Shown: piece after piece, positions 1 through 8,455 of the stretch
How the letters are laid out: each line of letters opens with the position of its first letter
How positions within the stretch are numbered: the first letter of the stretch is position 1
Source: Blastochloris sp.
Lineage (GTDB): Bacteria > Verrucomicrobiota > Verrucomicrobiia > Methylacidiphilales > JAAUTS01
Length of the DNA: 64,000 nt
Assembly: GCA_034440395.1 (NCBI GenBank)
Contig: JAWXBW010000013.1
Coordinates: 4,595 to 68,594 of the forward strand
Direction: 5' to 3'
Translations under genes and position numbers: made by a program
Notes under the pieces: generated by a model
Databases searched by the model: none
Seen by the model: the letters and a program-made list of their open reading frames with translations, nothing else
What the model was told of the DNA's origin: nothing

Positions 1-921
1 ATCAATAAAGATTAAGCAAGGAGCGGTTTTACGACCTTGTTCAAACATGTCACGGACGCGGGAGGCGCCTACGCCGACAAACATTTCTACGAAGTCAGAT
101 CCGCTGATGCCATAGAAAGGAACGTCAGCCTCACCGGCGATGGCTTTGGCCAGCAGTGTTTTACCTGTTCCGGGGGAGCCGACCATGAGCACGCCTTTAG
201 GGATGCGACCGCCGAGGCGCTGGAATTTTTTAGGATCTCTGAGGAATTCGACTATTTCGCTGACTTCCTCTTTGGCTTCGTCCACGCCAGCAACGTCTTT
301 AAACGTGATTTTATTTTTATCTTTATCCATCATTTTAGCCTTACTTTTCCCGAAGCTAAAGGCGGATTTTCCAGCCATTTTCATTTGTTGGCGGAAGAAA
401 AAATACATGAGTAAGAGAATAAGAACGATAGGAAGCAGCATCTGCACAATGGGCCACGTGGGGTTATCGTTATATTTTTGGGCAATGCTGCTAAAATTAT
501 TCTTAGCGAGGATTTCGTTTAAATCTTTTTGGAATTCTAGGACGACAGAAACTTTATAGCGTTGGCCTTGTGGCTCGCCAGTGATTGGGGTGGAGATGGA
601 GCCGCTGGGAAAGTCGCCCGTAGTCATGGGTTTAAGTGTTCCTTCAAGATAGGCCATACCTGTGGCGGGTTCTTTAGAAAGGCTGACTGTTGCAACCTGA
701 TTTTTTTCTAGGTTGGCTTGAAACTCTTGGAAGGATAGGTCTTTCACCGTCCCCGTTGTTTGCACTTTATGCGCAAAGAAAGCCAAGAGCAGGATGGTCA
801 TGGCAATAAGGAAGAGGGTAAGACCTTTCCAGTTTGCGTTAGGTTGGCCAGACCCCTCGTCTTTACGGATGGGGGCTTTAGGTAGTTTTGGGGGCTTGGG
901 AGCTTTAGGCACTTTAGACAT
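1..921 (-). CDS. ftsH: ATP-dependent zinc metalloprotease FtsH, N-terminal part (gene continues beyond the left edge)
   Basis: Absent from the ORF track because it runs off the edge. The reverse complement of 1..921 reads [14 protein letters not shown]..., then a TM helix ([16 protein letters not shown]), a periplasmic loop and a second TM ([19 protein letters not shown]). It continues [101 protein letters not shown], which carries the AAA Walker A and the start of Walker B. ATG at 921..919. Confidence 0.9.
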   Translation of the reverse strand, partial: MSKVPKAPKPPKLPKAPIRKDEGSGQPNANWKGLTLFLIAMTILLLAFFAHKVQTTGTVKDLSFQEFQANLEKNQVATVSLSKEPATGMAYLEGTLKPMTTGDFPSGSISTPITGEPQGQRYKVSVVLEFQKDLNEILAKNNFSSIAQKYNDNPTWPIVQMLLPIVLILLLMYFFFRQQMKMAGKSAFSFGKSKAKMMDKDKNKITFKDVAGVDEAKEEVSEIVEFLRDPKKFQRLGGRIPKGVLMVGSPGTGKTLLAKAIAGEADVPFYGISGSDFVEMFVGVGASRVRDMFEQGRKTAPCLIFID

Positions 922-1005
922 GGGAAGTCATATTAACACACGACCCCATGCTTGGCAACCCAGCGTGCAAAGTTATTTCCCTACACGTTGAACAACTGAC
1001 TACGC

Positions 1006-2823
1006 TTATTGGCGTAGGATTTTTTCTAATGATTCGTCACGGGGAATACCTAGTTCTAAGGCGCGTTTGTAATGGCGGTTGGCAAGTTCGCGTGCCGGCG
1101 GCTTTTGCGTCGCGTAGATAACGGCTAAGTTAAAGTGGGCGTCACCGTATTGGGGATCAATTTCGATCGCTCTGCGACACTCTTGTTCAGCGGCTTCCTG
1201 CCAGCCCTTCTGAGAGGCGGCGATACCTAAATAGTTACGTGTTTTAGCGTCATTAGGATCTAGAGCCACGGCGCGGGTCAGGATCTGGATGGCTTCATCA
1301 ATTTTACCTTGTTGGTAAAGGACGATACCAAGGATGGAATGGGAGAAAGCGTCTTGAGGAGCGAGTTTAACCGCTTTCTTTAGGTAATCTTCAGCTTGCG
1401 GGTATTTAGTTTGTTGAAAACGAACTACCGCTAAGTTAGAGAGAGCGTAAAGTGAATCAGGATAGACGTTGAGGATCGTTTGGTAACGGGTGGCAGCGTC
1501 GTCGAACTTTTGAGCGGCGAAAAGCTCGTTCGCCTCCCGCGCAACTTCTTTAAATTCTGAAGGAACTTTGGGGCGGCTGGAGATTTCTGCGGCATCGACT
1601 GGACTGCTGCTAGTGCCGGCACCAGTGGCTGGAGCGGAAATATTACCGCTGTCATCGACTAGTAAACCAGCGGTGGGCTGGCGCAGAAGGGAGCTTTCTT
1701 CTTCTGATAATATAACGAGAGGAGATCCGAGCAGGTTAATCTGGGTCTTAAGTTTTTCAGAATCAATTTTGAGGGCTTGAAGTTCTTCGATAGCCATACG
1801 ATTGGCGATTTTACGGCGTTCAAATTCGGCTTGTTGACGGCGAATGAGGTCGCGCATCATTTCATTTTCTTTGCGTAAAGGATCGTCTTCAGGTAGTCCA
1901 GCGATTTTGATATTGGCGGCATCTAATTGTTTTTGAACCTCTGAGAGTTTAGTCTTAAATTCATCACTGGTCTGGCGCAGGGCTTCATTTTCTTGGCGGG
2001 ACAGGTTAAGTTGATCTTGGATTTTTTTAAGTTGTTCATCTAAAGCGACGACGGAGGTGTCACCGGAACCCGTTTGTACTTTAGCAATGGCGGATTCAGC
2101 AGAGGCGAGTTTTTCTTTAAGGGTATTGTTTTCAGCTAACATGCTGGAAAGTTTTTCATCCGTAGTGCCTTCACGTGCAACACTCAGAGACTTTTCTAAC
2201 TCATCAACACGTGTGCGAAGTTGGGCAGCATCTGTCGTGGCCTTTTCTAGACGTTCTTGAGTGTCGGCTAGTTGGCTTTCTAAGGTGCGGATGCGAAGTT
2301 TGAGTGTGGCGGGGTCTTCGAGGATGTTTTCTGCGGAAGAGGAGGAAGCATCTGTGAGTTCGATCAGGGGTGTTGAGCCTGTAGGTGCGGCACGCTCCAT
2401 GACTTCAGAGGGAGAGTCAGGGCGAGTGGTAATGGGGATGAGGGGGGATTTATTATCGTCAGAGCTCTCGGTAATTTCAGGGGGAATGGGTGGGATGACT
2501 TGCTTCGGATCGGCATCGACACCGTCTTTGAGTAGATCAAGCTTATCTTTGCAGAAGCGGAGACGGTATTTAACGATGGTAGGTTCCCACTCAGGATAAT
2601 TGGTGTTGAGCTTTTGGAGGCGCTCTTGGGAGACTTCATAACGAGTCTTGGCCGAGGCGTTCTGGCCGGCACTCTCGAGCTTTTCAGCTTCTTGAATGAG
2701 GAGATAAATTTGCAAGAACTGCTCTTGTGGTAATGCTGCAGACATAACATTTGCAACAAAAGCTGTACTTAGGAATAGGCTCACTGCCAATAAGATACGG
2801 GTCATAGTTGAGGCATTTAACAT
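1006..2823 (-). CDS. Secreted or membrane-anchored coiled-coil plus TPR-repeat protein
   Basis: 605-aa ORF. It has an N-terminal signal-like hydrophobic segment (ILLAVSLFLSTAFVANVMSA) and a long E/K/Q/L-rich coiled-coil middle. The C-terminus carries TPR-like repeats (YPDSLYALSNLAVV..., AFSHSILGIVLYQQGKIDEAIQILTRAVALDPND..., GDAHFNLAVIYA...). Confidence 0.7.
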   Translation of the reverse strand: MLNASTMTRILLAVSLFLSTAFVANVMSAALPQEQFLQIYLLIQEAEKLESAGQNASAKTRYEVSQERLQKLNTNYPEWEPTIVKYRLRFCKDKLDLLKDGVDADPKQVIPPIPPEITESSDDNKSPLIPITTRPDSPSEVMERAAPTGSTPLIELTDASSSSAENILEDPATLKLRIRTLESQLADTQERLEKATTDAAQLRTRVDELEKSLSVAREGTTDEKLSSMLAENNTLKEKLASAESAIAKVQTGSGDTSVVALDEQLKKIQDQLNLSRQENEALRQTSDEFKTKLSEVQKQLDAANIKIAGLPEDDPLRKENEMMRDLIRRQQAEFERRKIANRMAIEELQALKIDSEKLKTQINLLGSPLVILSEEESSLLRQPTAGLLVDDSGNISAPATGAGTSSSPVDAAEISSRPKVPSEFKEVAREANELFAAQKFDDAATRYQTILNVYPDSLYALSNLAVVRFQQTKYPQAEDYLKKAVKLAPQDAFSHSILGIVLYQQGKIDEAIQILTRAVALDPNDAKTRNYLGIAASQKGWQEAAEQECRRAIEIDPQYGDAHFNLAVIYATQKPPARELANRHYKRALELGIPRDESLEKILRQ

Positions 2824-3016
2824 ATTTTTCTGTAAAAAGGCAACCCCTTTCCTTCAATTTATACACAACTTTGTTTTTTTTTTGAAATTACTTCGTGTTT
2901 ACCGATGTTATTGGAGTAATAAGTAGCCTATTTGTCACCTGTGTTTTGAGTGAATCGGTTGACGCTGCCACGGACATGTGTTAACTATCCATAGCTTTTT
3001 TACACAAAAAACTTTT

Positions 3017-3625
3017 ATGGAAGCCTTACTCAACCAACCTGTTTTGGTTCTGAATCGTCTCTGGCAAGCGGTAAGCGTTTGCACGGTGAAGCGAGCTTTT
3101 TCGCTATTATATATGGGGCAAGCCCAAGTGGTGGACGCTACCAATGGTCAATTTCAGACTCTTGACTTCACTGCATGGCATGATTTTTCGAAATACCAAG
3201 AAGAGGGTAATTTCCTGCGTTCCGTCAATTTCCGTATTCGTGTGCCGCAAATTATCGTGCTCATGGTTTTCGACCGATTACCTAAAAAAGAAGTGAAGCT
3301 CACTCGTAACAACATCTACGAACGTGATCACCATACTTGCCAGTATTGTGGAGTTCATTTTGATCGTAAGGATCTCAATATCGACCACGTGGTTCCGCGG
3401 GACAAGGGAGGTAAGACCACGTGGGAAAATGTCGTATGCTCCTGCATACCTTGTAATAGCCGTAAAGGGAACCACCTCACCCATGAGATAGGTATGAAAC
3501 CCATGACCAAGCCGAAACGGCCCAAGTTAAGAACCTTCCTTAATATACAAATCTCCAATGTCCCCCATGATTCATGGAAACATTTCTTGGATGTGGCGTA
3601 TTGGAATGTAGAGTTAAGCGACTAG
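3017..3625 (+). CDS. HNH (His-Me finger) endonuclease family protein
   Basis: ERDHHTCQYCG...LNIDHVVPRDKGGKTTWENVVCSCIPCNSRKGN matches an HNH motif flanked by CxxC pairs. The N-terminal LVLNRLWQAVSVCTVKRAFSLL region is typical of the widespread roughly 180-200 aa HNH family. Start placed at ATG 3017 (MEALLNQ...); the track ORF begins at an upstream GTG at 2978. Confidence 0.75.
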   Translation: MEALLNQPVLVLNRLWQAVSVCTVKRAFSLLYMGQAQVVDATNGQFQTLDFTAWHDFSKYQEEGNFLRSVNFRIRVPQIIVLMVFDRLPKKEVKLTRNNIYERDHHTCQYCGVHFDRKDLNIDHVVPRDKGGKTTWENVVCSCIPCNSRKGNHLTHEIGMKPMTKPKRPKLRTFLNIQISNVPHDSWKHFLDVAYWNVELSD

Positions 3626-3673
3626 ATTAAACAGTCCCTCATATAAAAAAGGGGCGGCACTCTCCCTTATTTT

Positions 3674-4843
3674 ATGATTTATTTTGACAACAACGCCACC
3701 ACGCAGGTAAGTCCCTCCGTCCTAGAAGCTATGATTCCTTTTCTAACGGAACATTACGGCAATCCCTCCAGTGCCTACCGTTTAGGGAAGGTCACGGCCG
3801 AGGCCTTAGACCATGCGCGTGAGCAAGTGGCGGCCTTACTGGGCTGCAAGGCTAAAGAGATCGTCTTTACCAGTTGCGGCACGGAATCAAACAATGCCGC
3901 ACTCGCCTCCGCCTTAAAAACGTCAGGTCATCGCCATATCGTGACCAGCGCAGTCGAGCATTCGGCTATTAAAAATCATGGCGAAGATCTGGAGCTACAA
4001 GGTTACGCCGTGACTTACTTGCCCGTGAAGGAAGATGGAACACTCAGCGTGCAAGATGTAGAAAAAGCGTTACGGCCAGACACCGCTATCGTTTCCCTCA
4101 TGTGGGCTAATAATGAAACAGGCGTGCTCTTTCCCGTAGAGGAAATAGGTCAACTTTGTCGTGAGCGCGGCGTGCTCTTTCATACTGACGCCGTCCAAGC
4201 GGTTGGGAAAATACCGATCAATCTAAGTGAGCTCGCCATAGATTTTCTTTCCGTCTCTGGCCATAAGCTCCATGCACCGAAAGGCGTCGGTGTGCTTTAC
4301 ACGCGCCGTGGTGTGGCCTACATCCCTTTTCTCGTCGGAGGTTCTCAGGAAAAAAATCGTCGGGGCGGCACGGAAAATGTAGCCTCCATCGTGGCACTCG
4401 GTAAGGCCGCAGAGGAAGCCTTAGCACATATTAAGACCGAAGCCACGCAAGTGAAGCGTCTGCGGGATCGCTTAGAGAAGGGGCTTTTGGAAACCGTCAG
4501 CGGCACCATGGTTAATGGGAACCCTATCCTGCGCCTGCCAAACACGACGAACATCGCCTTCGAGTCCGTGGAAGCGGAAGCTCTACTGATTTTACTCGAT
4601 TACCACGGTATCTGCGCTTCGGCTGGTTCGGCCTGCACCACGGGCTCGCCCACGCCATCGCATGTTTTGCGCGGGATGGGTTTCCCTGTGGAGCGCACAT
4701 TAGGATCTCTCCGCCTTTCGCTCAGCCGTTTCAATACAGAGGCGGAGATTGATGAAGTCTTAAAAGTGATCCCTAAAATCGTCGAGCGTCTGCGTCGGGA
4801 AAATCCCAAAGCACAAGAGCTAAAGAAAAGTTTAGGGTTTTAA
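3674..4843 (+). CDS. Cysteine desulfurase (NifS/IscS-type class V aminotransferase)
   Basis: 389 aa. MIYFDNNATT start, PLP-lysine motif SVSGHKLHAPKGVG, and catalytic-Cys loop SAGSACTTGSPTPSHVL. Confidence 0.85.
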   Translation: MIYFDNNATTQVSPSVLEAMIPFLTEHYGNPSSAYRLGKVTAEALDHAREQVAALLGCKAKEIVFTSCGTESNNAALASALKTSGHRHIVTSAVEHSAIKNHGEDLELQGYAVTYLPVKEDGTLSVQDVEKALRPDTAIVSLMWANNETGVLFPVEEIGQLCRERGVLFHTDAVQAVGKIPINLSELAIDFLSVSGHKLHAPKGVGVLYTRRGVAYIPFLVGGSQEKNRRGGTENVASIVALGKAAEEALAHIKTEATQVKRLRDRLEKGLLETVSGTMVNGNPILRLPNTTNIAFESVEAEALLILLDYHGICASAGSACTTGSPTPSHVLRGMGFPVERTLGSLRLSLSRFNTEAEIDEVLKVIPKIVERLRRENPKAQELKKSLGF

Positions 4844-4979
4844 CCTGGTACGTCTTTCCGAGGCGGAGAGGACGGGATTTATGTAAAGGGATAGAAGATA
4901 GAAAATCTAATAGATTTGATGGATATTAGCCGATTTACAAAATTCTTGTAAACTAGGATAACTTCGCAAAGGGTTCTTC

Positions 4980-6169
4980 ATGAATCCGATTAATAATCCT
5001 TACGCTCCTGGTGCTGGAACTCCTCCGCCAGAACTGGCTGGGCGTGACGAGCTGCGTGAAACCGTGCATATTGCTTTGGAGCGAGTAAGGGCAGGCAGGC
5101 CAGCCAAGAGTATTTTGATGGTAGGATTACGGGGAGTGGGTAAAACGGTTTTTTAGACAATTTGCGCAACCATGCTGCGGCTTCTGGAATGGTAACCATT
5201 CGAATTGAAACACCAGAGTACCGGTCCTTACCTGCGATTCTAGCACCACAACTCCGGTTGGCGTTGCTCAGCCTGTCCCGGAACGAACAGGCCAAGGATC
5301 TGGCACAGAGGGCTTTGCGTGGTTTGGCAGGCTTCGCAAAGGCCTTGAAGACGAAGTGTCAAGATATCGAAGTAGGGTTTGATTTCGATCCCGAACCTGG
5401 TTTAGCCGATAACGGCGATCTGGAGCATGATCTGCAGGCGTTGTTTGAAGTAACTGGCTTGGCCGCAAAACGAGCTGGAACCGCCTTGGTTATGTTTGTG
5501 GATGAGCTGCAATATGTCGAAGAAGAACAGCTTGGCTCTCTCATCATCGCCCTGCATCGCACAGCCCAAAGTTCGCTTCCCGTCGTGCTAGTAGGAGCTG
5601 GACTTCCTCAGTTGCCAAGGAAAATGGGTCGTGCCAAGTCTTATGCCGAAAGGTTATTTAATTTTCCTCAAATTAGCCCATTAAACGAAGAAGCTGCACG
5701 TCTCGCAATCCGTAAACCAGCTGCCGATCAAGGTGTAGAGGTAAACGACGATGCGCTTGATCAAATCATCAAGGAAACACACGGATATCCCTATTTCCTC
5801 CAAGAATGGGGCAAGCATTCATGGGACGTAGCCGTACGCTCGCCCATCACTATGTCAGATGTCGAGCAGGCAACCGTCTCTGCGATCGCAGCTCTTGATG
5901 AAAGCTTCTTCAGGGTACGCTTCGACCGACTCACACCGCACGAAAAGAAGTACTTGCGCGCAATGTCCGATTTAGGTGCAGGTCCTCACCGATCAGGCGA
6001 CATCGCCGAAAAGCTGTCGCGCAGTGTCACATCTCTTGGGCCCACTCGAAGTCAATTGATTTACAAAGGTATGATCTGGAGTCAAAGTCACGGCGATACT
6101 GCGTTTACTGTTCCTTTAATTGACCAGTTTATGAAGCGCATCATGCCAGAGAACGACTGGCAGCATTGA
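4980..6169 (+). pseudogene. AAA-type ATP-binding protein (Orc1/Cdc6-like AAA_16 plus C-terminal wHTH), interrupted by a 1-nt frameshift in a T6 tract
   Basis: Frame 0 from ATG 4980 reads MNPINNPYAPGAGTPPPELAGRDELRETVHIALERVRAGRPAKSILMVGLRGVGKTVF and then TAG at 5154..5156. The frame of track ORF 5162..6169 continues LDNLRNHAAASG...VMFVDELQYV (Walker B)...THGYPYFLQEWG. Adding one T to the T-run at 5149..5154 gives a continuous GKTVFLDNLRN reading. Confidence 0.7.
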
Positions 6170-6205
6170 TTTAAGGTCGCAGAGTTGCGTTCTCCTTTGC
6201 CCTAC

Positions 6206-7132
6206 CTATTTTATCGATTTTAAAAAAGTCAGGACAGTCGTTTGGAATCCAGGATCAAAGTTGCGATATTCGTGGCCGCAACTTGGGATAATGTAGAAAG
6301 TCTTGGGCTCGTGAGCGGCTTCGTAGAGGCCACGAACGAGCGGGACGGGCATACGGACATCGTTCTCAGCTGCCATGAAAAGGACGGGAACTTTGGTGGC
6401 TTGCAAGGCCCGGGACACATCTATTTCATCTACGTCATAGCCGACTAATTGCTGTATTCTCCAACAAATAATGGGCATGAGAGGGAAGTGGGATAAATTA
6501 AAGAATACTTTAGCATGGTGCGTTAACGTATTGCGCAAGGTGTCAAAAGGTGCGTCTAAAATAATCCCTGCTAAATGAGGCGGTTGGGTTTGAGCCGTTA
6601 AGACGGAGGTAACGGCACCCATGGAAGTGCCCCAAAGCACGAAGCGAGATTTCCCTTTTCCTTCCAGCCACGTCATGACGGCAAGCACATCCTGCTTCTC
6701 CCTATAACCGAAACTACACAGGCTAGTGCCGCTGTCACCGTGACCACGTAGGTCAAGAGCGGCCAGGGAATAGCCATGTTTCTGGGCGAAGAGCATGTAG
6801 GTCAGCATGTGTTCCTTCGAGGCTCCGAAGCCATGGATAATGACGAGGGTGGGTTTTTTAGGATCATCCGATTGAGGGGCATACCAGAAGCTGATGGGTA
6901 AACCGTCGAAGCTGGGGGTGACTTCTTTGGTGGCAGGGAAGGGCAGAAATTCTTGAGAAAGGGAGGGGCGTGAGGCGGGCGGCACTTGGCTGGCCATGGT
7001 GGCAAAAATATTGCTAAGAAACCACAACACTACTGCGGCGAGAATCCCTAAAATGAGACCGTAAATAAGACTGCGTGTAAGAATGCGTTTGTTAAGGATG
7101 GAGCTCACAAGGTGTTTAAAGGCTAGGTTCAT
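6206..7132 (-). CDS. Alpha/beta hydrolase with N-terminal TM anchor
   Basis: 308 aa. TM segment LIYGLILGILAAVVLWFL, HGFGASKEH oxyanion region, nucleophile elbow WGTSMGA (GxSxG), and a distal SCGHE histidine. Confidence 0.7.
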   Translation of the reverse strand: MNLAFKHLVSSILNKRILTRSLIYGLILGILAAVVLWFLSNIFATMASQVPPASRPSLSQEFLPFPATKEVTPSFDGLPISFWYAPQSDDPKKPTLVIIHGFGASKEHMLTYMLFAQKHGYSLAALDLRGHGDSGTSLCSFGYREKQDVLAVMTWLEGKGKSRFVLWGTSMGAVTSVLTAQTQPPHLAGIILDAPFDTLRNTLTHHAKVFFNLSHFPLMPIICWRIQQLVGYDVDEIDVSRALQATKVPVLFMAAENDVRMPVPLVRGLYEAAHEPKTFYIIPSCGHEYRNFDPGFQTTVLTFLKSIK

Positions 7133-7658
7133 TAGGCAACATTGCTAGGGCTAGGGTAGAATATTTTTCCCAAAGATGAATAAAGGAGGGAGCAAAGAGC
7201 GCAGGTTCGCGTTGCATCCAGATGCTTAGATCGACGGGTTTAATCCAGCGCACTTCAGCTACTTCACTGACTTGAGGCCGGAACGGCCCTTCGGAACGGC
7301 CTAAATAAACACGCACAAATTCGTAATCCAAAGCCAGTGTGTCTTGGCAATAGGCGATTTCGTGCAGGTGAGGCGAGGCACGGAGACCCAGCTCCTCACA
7401 GCATTCGCGGCCAGCGGCGGTGAGGTAGTCTTCTCCCGAGTCCACATGACCGCAGGCGGAAGAATCCCAAACGGAAGGGTGGCGATCTTTGTGCGCAGAG
7501 CGGAGTTGAATGAGAATGTCGTTATGAGTATTAAAAAGCCATATGTGAGCGGCGCGGTGCAGGTGCTTGCCACGATGAACGACAGAGCGCAGGGCGGAGC
7601 TGATAACGTGGTCGGCTTCATCTACGATATCAAAAACATCTTCTTGTGGATGAGTCAT
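7116..7658 (-). CDS. Nudix hydrolase
   Basis: GHVDSGEDYLTAAGRECCEELGL fits the Nudix box GX5EX7REUXEEXGU exactly. It overlaps the downstream hydrolase gene by 17 nt. Confidence 0.8.
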   Translation of the reverse strand: MTHPQEDVFDIVDEADHVISSALRSVVHRGKHLHRAAHIWLFNTHNDILIQLRSAHKDRHPSVWDSSACGHVDSGEDYLTAAGRECCEELGLRASPHLHEIAYCQDTLALDYEFVRVYLGRSEGPFRPQVSEVAEVRWIKPVDLSIWMQREPALFAPSFIHLWEKYSTLALAMLPNEPSL

Positions 7659-7659
7659 G

Positions 7660-8436
7660 TTAGCTAGGAATATTGGTTTGGGTAAAAAGCGTTTGCCAAC
7701 CGGTTACGGAAAGTTCTTCGGCGCGTATTTCTAAAGGGACGGGTAGAAGGTTTTTTAATTTTTTACGACGTTGGGAAAAGCCTTGGCGGACGAAGTTATA
7801 AAAAGGGCGGCGCTGTGCGGGGTCGTTTAGGATGGGCTCAGGTAAGAGATCTAGTTGGACGATGACGGATTGAATCTCTGGCGCGGGAAAAAACACGCTA
7901 GGTGAAACGGAGCGCAGGATTTGCACGCGATAAAAGCTTTGGAGGTAAACGGTGATAGCACCGTAGTCGGAGCCGTGTTCGGCGGCGGCGTAGCGTAGGC
8001 CGGTTTCTTTTTGCAACATGAAGACGCAGCGTTGAGGTAAGGCGGCTTGGTCGAGGAGAGCAGCCATGATCGGGGTGGAGGCGTTGTAGGGAAGGTTTCC
8101 GATGAGATAGTTGCAGGGCTCTGCGGTGGCGAGGGTTTCCACGGCGTCCCCTTCGATGAGTTTGAAGTTAGGGAAATGTTGAAACTTCTCGTTTAAATAA
8201 CGACTCAGGCCGCGATCAATCTCAAGAGTGCAGAGGTCAATCTCTAGGTCAAGAAGTAGTGAGGTGAGGGCGCCTAGGCCGGGACCTATTTCGATAACCT
8301 TGCTTTTAGCCGTGGGGGCTAAGGCTTTAACGATTTGCAGGCAAAGATTTTGATCGAAAAGAAAATTTTGTCCCAGACTTTTTAGCGGACGCAGGCCGTT
8401 TGTTTCTAGCGCAGCCCTGATTTCAGTGAGCGTCAT
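7660..8436 (-). CDS. rsmA: 16S rRNA (adenine1518/1519-N6)-dimethyltransferase RsmA/KsgA
   Basis: 258 aa. LGQNFLFDQN, SAM motif VIEIGPGLGALT, and NLPYN catalytic motif. Confidence 0.85.
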   Translation of the reverse strand: MTLTEIRAALETNGLRPLKSLGQNFLFDQNLCLQIVKALAPTAKSKVIEIGPGLGALTSLLLDLEIDLCTLEIDRGLSRYLNEKFQHFPNFKLIEGDAVETLATAEPCNYLIGNLPYNASTPIMAALLDQAALPQRCVFMLQKETGLRYAAAEHGSDYGAITVYLQSFYRVQILRSVSPSVFFPAPEIQSVIVQLDLLPEPILNDPAQRRPFYNFVRQGFSQRRKKLKNLLPVPLEIRAEELSVTGWQTLFTQTNIPS

Positions 8437-8455
8437 AGTGGTAGATAGCCCGCTA

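Noticed and set aside
37-559. Track ORFs 37..414 and 140..559 on the plus strand
   Set aside because: They are antisense to a clearly readable ftsH (Walker A, TM helices) on the minus strand, and their composition is typical of shadow ORFs.
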